From Eledone cirrhosa (Eukaryota), in the NCBI GenBank assembly GCA_964016885.1, contig OZ024744.1, positions 51,212,001 through 51,276,000 on the forward strand: 64,000 nt of DNA, read 5' to 3'. Below, in pieces: positions 55,861 to 64,000 of the stretch; within the stretch, counting starts at the first letter, position 1; each line of letters opens with the position of its first letter. A program made the translations under genes and the position numbers. The notes under the pieces were generated by a model, which was given only the letters and a program-made list of their open reading frames with translations, was not told where the DNA came from and did no database searches.

Positions 55861-56049
55861 CGAGGGAAAAGTGGTAAGGAACCAGGTGGACCATAACGCA
55901 CCAAAGTACTCAATACTTAGGGTAGTAGAGTGGGTAATAGGAGTAAGTAAGACCCCGACGGCTGAGCTCAAGCCGTTTCGACGGCTAATTCTGTACAGAA
56001 TTAGCCGTCGAAACGGCTTGAGCTCAGCCGTCGGGGTCTTACTTACTCC

Positions 56050-56052
<3 letters not shown>
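55860..56052. mobile_element. Fold-back Penelope-like pLTR remnant
   Basis: Palindrome centred at aattctgtacagaatt (about 55994). Confidence 0.8.
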
Positions 56053-56084
<32 letters not shown>

Positions 56085-56602
56085 GTAATAATAATAATAA
56101 TAGTAATAATAATAAATTTGAAGACTAAAATCCAAAGAGGGCTTGATAAGGATAAATATATATCAAATATATAAGAACCGTAGAACAAATATTTATTAAA
56201 ATAACAGATTAAAGTTTAAGCAGAGAATAGCTGCTTTCACCCTTAACGTTAAGGGTGAAAGCAGCGATTCTTTGCTTAAACTTTAATCTGTTATTTTAAT
56301 ATACATATATATATATATAATTATTATTAGCACAGATTAAAAGTTTAAGCAAACAATTTCTGCTTTCACGCTCAAGCGGGTTCTTCTGTAGGGTGTCAGC
56401 AGAAATTGTTTGCTTAAACTTTTAATCTGTGCTAATAAGAAATATTTGCTCTACAGGTTTATATGTACCCATATATATACCTATATATACAGCCCTTATC
56501 GAGTCCTCTCTGGATTTTGGTCATTGTGTTTATTATTACTATTATATATAAGGATAATGCGTAGTTCAGTGTAGATGTTAAAGATTCCTTTATTAGGAAT
56601 TA

Positions 56603-56683
56603 GCTGTGATACATATTTCAATGACGGTCGTGGCTACGTGAATGTTCAGTCACGTAACCGGCCATGTGATATCATCAGATAGC
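56603..56683 (-). ncRNA. Type I hammerhead with long stem II
   Basis: GCTAT-CTGATGA-(..GGTTACGTGA..TCACGTAGCC..)-GAA-ATA tg TAT-C-ACAGC; one stem I mismatch. Confidence 0.65.
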
Positions 56684-57000
56684 ATCTGTATGTAATAAGG
56701 TTACGTTTCCGAGGCAATCCAATCTAAAGATAAGAGAACGGACAGAAATGATGTTTTCATAGCAAAAGTCCGTAACAAGGGAACGGACTTTAAAATAAAT
56801 ATAATAGCTTTGTTAATAAAGGACTCTTTAACATCTTCACCGAACTTCGCATTTTCCTTATTCTTTATATACTCCATTACTGAGTGACAAATTATATTTG
56901 GAAGGTGGAAGAATAAACAAGGCGTTGAGTGCTTGAATCGAATTGCATCATTATTCACTGATTGGTGTGTTGCAAACCCGTTTAGTTAACATGTCTACCG

Positions 57001-57045
<45 letters not shown>

Positions 57046-57136
57046 CAAAGGAATTGTGGTAAGGAACCAGATGGACCATAACGCACCAGAGTACTCAATA
57101 CTTAGGGTAGTAGAGTGGGAAATAGGAAAAAGTATG

Positions 57137-57232
57137 ACCCCGACGGCAGAGCTCAAGCCGTTTTGACGGCTATTTCTGGACTAAATTAGAATTTTAGTAT
57201 GGTGAATAAATAGCCGAACTTTTCAAGGTGGT
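57137..57232 (-). ncRNA. pLTR hammerhead, U3-A8 core, G12 mutated
   Basis: ACCACC-TTGAAAA-(CGGCTATTT..AAATAGCCG)-AAA-ACGGC..GCCGT-C-GGGGT. Confidence 0.6.
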
Positions 57233-57934
57233 ACTTCCTTATATAGGAAGATTGTAGTTGTCAAGAGGATTGGTTAACATTTGTTGTAAACACAAATAAG
57301 TCTATCATGGCATTTGGTGGGAGGTAGGGGTGGCTGAACTTGCCTGTAGAACAATAGGGGTGTGACGGTCAAGCGTTGAAAGTGATATCTATACAGCAGA
57401 TTCTGAGGATAGAGTATGAAGTGGAGGAGGGAGGTTATAGAATAGGTAAATCGTATGAGAGTAGGAGACAATAAAAGATAATAGAAAGAAATAAAAAATA
57501 TATAAAATTAGATAGTGAGAAATGAATAAAAAAAATCACAATGCTATTTTACAATTACAGGTTAATAAGTTGAGAATAGAAAAACCTTGTAGAAATTGAG
57601 TAGTACCAGAACTGATACAGAATTAAAGGAATTTAACACGTCTGCTATAAGTAGTTAGTAAAACGTATTCGGCCAATTATATCTTAAGATTACAGGGGTG
57701 GAGGAACTGATGCTACAGAGGCCCGATGGGCTGCATCGGGGTAGGCGAAGGGGAAAAGCAGAGGAGGAAGAAAATAGGGGGTGGAAGGAAGTGATAGGAT
57801 GTGACAGGGGGAAAAAGAAGACAAAGAGGAAAAGAAAAGAAAAGAAAAGAGATACATCTACCTAAGTAAGCTGGGGTTTCCCCTAACTTATTCGGCAAGT
57901 AGGGTGAGGGGGTGGGGTGTATCAGCCCTTGTCT

Positions 57935-59250
57935 ACCCACCCGGGTCGTTATGGGGTTTGAGGGCGAGGTAAGTCCTACGCAATCTGTGTTTGCATGCGG
58001 TTACCAGTTCCTCTTTCTTGTTTAGGAGTTGGTCCTTCGAAAACAGCATTTGTAATGTTTCCTCCGAGCATAAGTTACACGGACGGCGTCCTCCCGTGTA
58101 AGAGTTAGCTTTGGAGAGTAAGCTCCAAGTGAGATTGTAGGTTATATTATTATCTTGGAGCAGATGTGGCCCGAGAGTGTAGTGGCATGTCGCCGGACCG
58201 GGTTTCGGAAAGTATGTCGGTGTTGGTAGAGCCGGGTCTTGAAGTCACACGCGGTTAATCCTATATAAGCTTTGTTGGAGGTGTCCGTCCTCACGTTGCA
58301 CAGGTACGTTACGTTCTCGGCATTTGTTGTTGAGGGGGCACGTAGATCTATCAGGGCAGTTACACCTCCTGGTCGGCTCTCCACTGATGTCTAGGTTATT
58401 TCTTCCATAGGGGTTGAGTTTTTTGTTGTTTGAGGAGACGATGTTTTGTGCGAAGTTAGGTGTGGTGCTGTAGGAGAGTTTGATGGTATTTTTGTTGATT
58501 ATGTTGTGGTAACGGTGTTGTAGTAGAAAGTGTTTTTCGAGGAGTCTAAAGAAGATTTTCTCGATAGGTGTCGCCACCTCGGTATTATGGGGCAGGATTG
58601 AACCACATTACGTTGCGCTTGAGGGCCTGGTTGTGATGAAGCGCGTGTTCGTCGAATATCTGCTTATTAGCGGACAAACGAGATATGCGGAGGGAGATGT
58701 TTTTAACCAGGTTATTGGTGATGTTTCTAGGATGGTTAGAGTGGCGGTGGATGTAGTGCAGGTTGTCGTTTGGTTTCCTGTATGGGTAGTACAGATCATT
58801 TTCGAGGTTAAGGGTAACGTCCAGGAAATTGACTCGGGTTAGGGACGTTTGTAGGGTGATTTTAAATCCCCAGTCCCAGAAGAAGTTGATTAGTTGTTTA
58901 CGGCCCCGGTCTCTACGACTGGTGTTGTACCCTTTGAGTGTGAGGAGCCCATCATCCCGGTACAAACCACCGCCGAATGCTGGAAACATTTCGGTGAGTT
59001 TAAATAGTAGGAATAATCCTATAAGATCTGTGACCTCGGCCGAATCCGTCGCGCCCATACTGACGTCGAAGGAGGAGTCGGGAGCTCTCTTTATCCACTT
59101 AGAGTTGTCGAAAAGTAGGACTGTCTTCCTGGCGTGGAGAATGATATTTCTTTCCTGCTCAGTGATGGGTGTGAGTGTTTCGGCAAAGTCCAAGGCGGCC
59201 GTAAGGAGCGGTAAGGTAATAGATGCATAGTAACTCTCTATGTCAAACTG
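57935..59250 (-). pseudogene. Frameshifted PLE reverse transcriptase / GIY-YIG endonuclease ORF
   Basis: QFDIESYYASI, VSMGA, LYRDDGL, VNFLDVTL, YRKP, SNHP, WFNP; CNCPDRSTCPLNNKC; VTY..YIGLT..FKTRLYQH; CNLC..CKH. Confidence 0.9.
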
Positions 59251-59255
59251 GAAGT

Positions 59256-59352
59256 ACCCCCTAGAAAAGTTCGGCTATTTATTCACCAGGCTAAAAATTC
59301 TAATTTAGTCCAGAAATAGCCGTCGAAACGGCTTGAGCTCTGCCGTCGGGGT
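59256..59352 (+). ncRNA. pLTR hammerhead (inverted copy), TAGAAAA core
   Basis: CCCC-TAGAAAA-stem II CGGCTATTT/AAATAGCCG-GAA-ACGGC ttgagctct GCCGT-C-GGGG. Confidence 0.65.
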
Positions 59353-59373
59353 CATACTTTTTCTTATATATAT

Positions 59374-59549
59374 ATACAAATAAAATACAGAGTTACTAAC
59401 TCATATTGATACCCTGCAATTAACATTTTAGACACACAATTTACTGTGTTTATTTCTACATATATTATTATAATACTCAGTATTTATACTTTGAGCTTGT
59501 TAATTGCAAGGTATCAATATGAGTTAGTAACTCTGTATTTTATTTGTAT
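59374..59549. repeat. Inverted repeat (PLE-type remnant)
   Basis: 59374-59424 vs 59499-59549. Confidence 0.85.
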
Positions 59550-59701
59550 TTCGGCTCCCTAACTAGGTGAGCTTATAAGTTGGGTGTATTAATGCTATTA
59601 TTTTTAGCATATCCACTCACACCACTTCTAACGTCAAGCGCACGAGGTGAGATATTCATTCGTGCAGCTTTTAGTTGTATGTGTTTGTTCCATTTGATCT
59701 T

Positions 59702-59790
59702 ATCTCTCGCTGAGGAAAGTCTACGGATTATCTGCTACAAACACAATTTTCAGGGCGAAACAGATTAAATCTCTAATCTGTCCGAGAGAT
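59702..59790 (+). ncRNA. Type I hammerhead ribozyme, fully formed
   Basis: ATCTCTCG-CTGAGGA-...-GAA-ACAGATTA aatctc TAATCTGT-C-CGAGAGAT; 8-bp stems I and III, weak stem II. Confidence 0.8.
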
Positions 59791-59915
59791 GAAATAGTTA
59801 TTGAGACGGTCTGTATATCTATTCTATATCTTCCGTTTGCTTCAGGTTAAATTTATCAAACCAATGTGGTATTTCAACCCTCGTAATTTTAAACACACAA
59901 TTTACTGTATTTATT

Positions 59916-60029
<114 letters not shown>

Positions 60030-60074
60030 AAGTATTTCCGTCGGAAAGGTACAGGAAAAAAGAGATGTTATTTA

Positions 60075-60135
60075 TTCATTCTGACGACTGTAGACAGACA
60101 TAACATCTGCCTTCAAGAAACCACTGGTAAATGAA
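60075..60135 (+). ncRNA. Type I hammerhead (paralog of 28069)
   Basis: Same stems I and III and core; stem II partly decayed. Confidence 0.8.
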
Positions 60136-60166
60136 ATAATTATCTTATGTTGTTTATTTTACATAA

Positions 60167-60228
<62 letters not shown>

Positions 60229-60285
60229 TTATGTAAAATAAGTAAGTCAAACATGTAAAATTTGGCTTCGTTTATTATAAGTTCT

Positions 60286-60338
60286 CTGCTATATATATTT
60301 CGGTGACAGCTATTATTGTCTGTGACCTCATCAGGCAA
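60286..60338 (-). ncRNA. pLTR type I hammerhead
   Basis: TTGC-CTGATGA-GGTCACAG..CTGTCACC-GAA-ATATATAT-A-GCAG. Confidence 0.75.
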
Positions 60339-61902
60339 ACATGAAAAGACAGGGAAACATGTTGTTGAAATGTGTTTCACTCTGTCAATTCATCGATATG
60401 TCCAGCTCTTGGTAGTGGTAGTGATGTTAAGAAGTCAGCTAGCAGGTCAACCTTAGTAGGCTGCTGCTATGATCGTAAGAATTTATTTGTGTAGACTGGC
60501 ATCTATCCTGCCACCACTTCACATAGTGTGGGATGCCAAACAAAAAAATGCGTGTGCTAAAACCAATAAAAAAAAAAAAATTAGAAAAATATAAAATGAA
60601 ATAAAAAACCTGTGTCAGAATCGAGAAGTGTAAAGAATTACAATTCTTATTTTAGCATAGAGTACAAACGTGTAATTGTCCGCCAACGCACACCATTGCG
60701 CGTGCACACGTATAAACACAGGCTCGGGTCATTCACCTATTTACGTCCACACAGTCCAACAAAAGATGGGTGCGTTTTAAAACAAATGAAGTAAAAGTGG
60801 AGTAAAAAATATAAAACTAAAAAACCTGTTTGTCAAAATCCAGAAGTGTAAAGGACTACAATTCTTATTTCAGCATAAAGTACATATGCGTATATGTTCG
60901 TCAACGCACACCGTTGCACGTACACACGCACAAACGCAGGCTCGGGTGCATTCCCATATTACGTCTACACAGTCATACACACGCATACATGCAGGCATAC
61001 ACACAATTCCATATACGCCCACATGTGGATACACACACACGGTCAAAAGTAAGTAGTAGTAATAGGCGCGTCCTATTTACTTGTGGTATTTATCATTTAC
61101 TCAAGCGTGCGAAGGGGGTCAGGTTCGAGGCAGGATATCCTCCGGGTACTCGGATCACAAGCCGGGGTCGGGCGTTGAGGCCCGCTGGTCGGAAACTTGG
61201 GGTGCCTGTTTGCACAGAGGGTAGGACTCCGCCGATGTACTTAGTCTCTTTATATCATCTAGTGTCAGCTAATTTGAGTTCTGGTTAAGGAAGTGAGAGA
61301 GAAGGGGGTTGACCACAGCGGTGGGAGGCATGGTTTTAGCTGCTAGGTAGGTGTGTTGCTATAGGTGCTGATCGAGGCGGGTGTAGAGGTGGGGATAGAG
61401 GCGGGTGTAGGGGTGATTTTGGTGTACCTTGGGCTAGGTGTGACGGGGTTGCTATCCCTATAGCTTGAGGTAAGTTCCCATCCCAATGGGTTGTTATCCA
61501 TATAGCTTGAGGAAGGTTCCAGCCCTGAGGTGTCTACATGTACCAAAGAAGTTGGTCCTGAGTTTGATTAGGCTACTCCCACCACTGAGTATTTCGAGGG
61601 TCTCGCTCAGACAGAGGTTGCAGATGCCAGATCCGCCTCTATCAGGTGGCACTCTCCTGATTTTTGACCAGGCCAGAGAGTACGGGGTCCTGTCCAGCTT
61701 GAGCTTCCAGATCAGTTCGGAAAGAGCCGTACTTTTCCTGGGGTACGAAGATGTCCTCTGACGTTGAAATTCGTTTTTCTAGCTCATATGGTTTCAGTTC
61801 CTCGGAGGACTAACAACACACCCAGGAGCTGGACATATCGATAAATTGACAGAGTGGAACACATTTCAACATGTTTATCTGTCTTTTCCACATTAATTCG
61901 TA

Positions 61903-61955
61903 CTGCCTGATGAGGTCACAGACAATAATAGCCGTCACCTAAATATATATAGCAG
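61903..61955 (+). ncRNA. Inverted copy of the pLTR hammerhead, G12 to U
   Basis: CTGC-CTGATGA-..-TAAA-TATATATA-GCAG. Confidence 0.6.
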
Positions 61956-62097
61956 AGAATTTATAATAAACGAAGACAAATTTTACATGTTTGACTTACT
62001 TATTTTACATTACTCCGGAGTAAACAAACCAGCTTGCGTACTTCGTCGAGTGCTCCAATCTGCATACTGAGGTGTCGGTAAACAACCAACATATACT

Positions 62098-62148
<51 letters not shown>

Positions 62149-62455
62149 ATATATAATTGTTTATTTAATTTATTCATTCATCGAGCCAAACCCTTGAAGG
62201 TAGCCCACTCTAGTATATGTATCTGTGATTATGTTTAAATATATATATGTTATTTATGACTTTGTTGTATACTCCCTTACAGTTGAGTAAACTTTAGGTG
62301 GTAACTAACTGCTTCTTCTAGCAATGTCCTTACTTGCCACCGGTCTACCCTTCACAACAATTCTGTCTTGACCGCTAGCCACGTGATGATTTTTCACCCC
62401 ATTTGAATTCGTTACTAACACCGATTACTTTGGAAATTTCGGTCCTAACCGAGGG

Positions 62456-62543
62456 AGTCTCTTGATAAGCTCGAAGCCTCGTGGATAATGTAACGATTAG
62501 ACATTTCTACAAAGTACGAGCGAAACTGTCGACAGTCGGGACT
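62456..62543 (+). ncRNA. Type I hammerhead with U3-A8 core variant
   Basis: AGTCTC-TTGATAA-GCTCG..CGAGC-GAA-ACTGTCGACAGT-C-GGGACT. Confidence 0.8.
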
Positions 62544-62555
62544 AGAGGAATTTTT

Positions 62556-62830
62556 GGTAACATTTATCTATTATTTCTTCAAACTTACATTTTAAACAAA
62601 GCTCCGTTTAAATGATTATTTGTCTAGTTAATTTCTACCGACTAAGAGGACAAATTAGGTAAATGTGGCCTGATTGTTCTTCATAAAGGAATATCGGTAA
62701 GATTTATCTGCTATTTCTTCAAAGTTACGTTTTATACTGAGCTCCATTTAAATCATTATTTATCTGGTTAATTTCTACGGTCTAAGAAAACTTTTTAGAT
62801 AAATTTCCTCTGATTGTTCTTCAAACTTAT
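62556..62830. repeat. Two-copy tandem repeat of about 140 bp
   Basis: ggtaa.atttatct.tatttcttcaaa.ttac.. at 62556 and 62696. Confidence 0.8.
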
Positions 62831-62838
62831 AATTTATA

Positions 62839-62887
<49 letters not shown>

Positions 62888-62892
62888 GTATA

Positions 62893-62933
<41 letters not shown>

Positions 62934-63127
62934 TTACGGTAGACATGCCGACTAAACGGGTTTGGGCTTATGGTTTATATATATATATATATAAATGTAA
63001 TCTGAGATGTTCAAATATCAATAACAACATTCAATTCGTTGCAATTATGCAAACAAGCCTAATTTTTAAAGCCATGTCAGTAGAATGAACCCTTCATTCT
63101 TGGTCTTGTGTTGGCATGTAAACAGAA

Positions 63128-63165
63128 CTGCATACAGTAATGTTTCTGGGTATCACCCTTCATCA
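63128..63165 (-). ncRNA. 5'-clipped hammerhead
   Basis: TGATGA-a GGG tgata CCC a-GAA-ACA ttac TGT-A; 5' strand of stem I replaced by (TA)n. Confidence 0.55.
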
Positions 63166-63213
63166 TATATATATATATATATACACACATATATTTATAT
63201 ATATATACTTATT

Positions 63214-63294
<81 letters not shown>

Positions 63295-63499
63295 TTATAT
63301 ATATATATATATATATAAAACAGATGTCTGTTTGTGTAACCGCATGCATTTCTACATTTTACAACCGATTTGCACCACATTTCATACATAGGTTTCTGAA
63401 GTCCTATTACGCGTTGTAGGCTATTTTATTTTTCCGTACATCGATTGTGGGGGCCTTCAGGAGCAGGTAGCCCCCTTAAGGTCTCCCTTCGACTTATCT

Positions 63500-63981
63500 A
63501 TTGAAGTTCACATTAACACTGTATTAGTACCTGATAACTTTTGAAGTTTACGTTCGATCTTCGTTTTCACTTTCAAAACAACAATCGTCGTCGGATGAAA
63601 TTTCAGAAATGTAAACATCTGATTCATTTGAAGATAAATCACTAATATTATCTTTTGTTTCTTGTTCATTTTGAATGTCGTCGTGTGTAAAAACTTCAAA
63701 GTCGGTATCACTACTTTCATAAGCCATGTTGATACAAACAAAAAATCTGTTCTACTTTCAACGTTAAAAAAACACGTGTTGTTTTAAGTTGTTTCACTAT
63801 ATTAAGTGTTAATTTTCGCGGTAAGGGCCTAATCTCGAAGTAATCTCGAATTGACGAGATTTTGATGACGGTATTGTTTATTTTTAGAACGATATTTAAG
63901 TGTGGGTGTTACGGCGGTTTTGGGTGGTTTGCACAAATGAAGGGGAAATAATTTCGGTCGGTTTGAACACTAAAGGGTTAA
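63500..63981 (-). mobile_element. piggyBac-like transposon 5' end with acidic transposase N-terminus remnant (63548-63727)
   Basis: TTAA-CCCTTTAG terminus; MAYESSDTDFEVFTHDD..SSNESDVYISEISSDDD. Confidence 0.6.
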
Positions 63982-64000
63982 AGGAGGTTTAGTTAATGTG

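Larger units (their letters stand above)
57044..59366 (-). mobile_element. 5'-truncated Penelope-like element with 3' pLTR and inverted pLTR copy
   Basis: RT + GIY-YIG remnants; inverted repeat 57124-57238 vs 59250-59366; (TA)n flanks. Confidence 0.92.
60231..62010 (-). mobile_element. Second 5'-truncated Penelope-like element with inverted pLTRs
   Basis: Inverted repeat 60231-60412 vs 61822-62010; minus-strand remnant about 61520-61760 reads STALSELIWKLK..AWSKI..CNLCLSE..CRH. Confidence 0.85.

Overview
Eukaryotic, AT-rich, microsatellite-saturated DNA made almost entirely of retroelement debris. The repeat repertoire (MetaSINE-type tRNA SINEs, RTE/Dong/CR1/Tx1 LINEs, Penelope-like elements, vast (TA)n) suggests an octopus/coleoid genome, which is an inference. 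Main content: an apparently intact full-length Tx1/L1-clade LINE (5386-11160, minus) next to a decayed relative, several R4/Dong-type RLE LINE fragments, bipartite RTE-derived non-autonomous elements, two 5'-truncated Penelope-like elements with inverted pLTRs, many SINEs, piggyBac-like ends and one possible host exon. Reading the non-coding islands between (TA)n tracts by eye reveals about 17 type-I hammerhead ribozyme folds from more than 10 unrelated sequence families. These include U3-A8 core variants, a retrozyme-like unit with terminal direct repeats, and fold-back palindromes whose centres repeatedly fall inside the ribozyme. Each retroelement clade also appears to occupy its own microsatellite type. 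Most ORFs in the supplied track are simple-repeat artefacts. All folds and family names were assigned by eye, with no database search.
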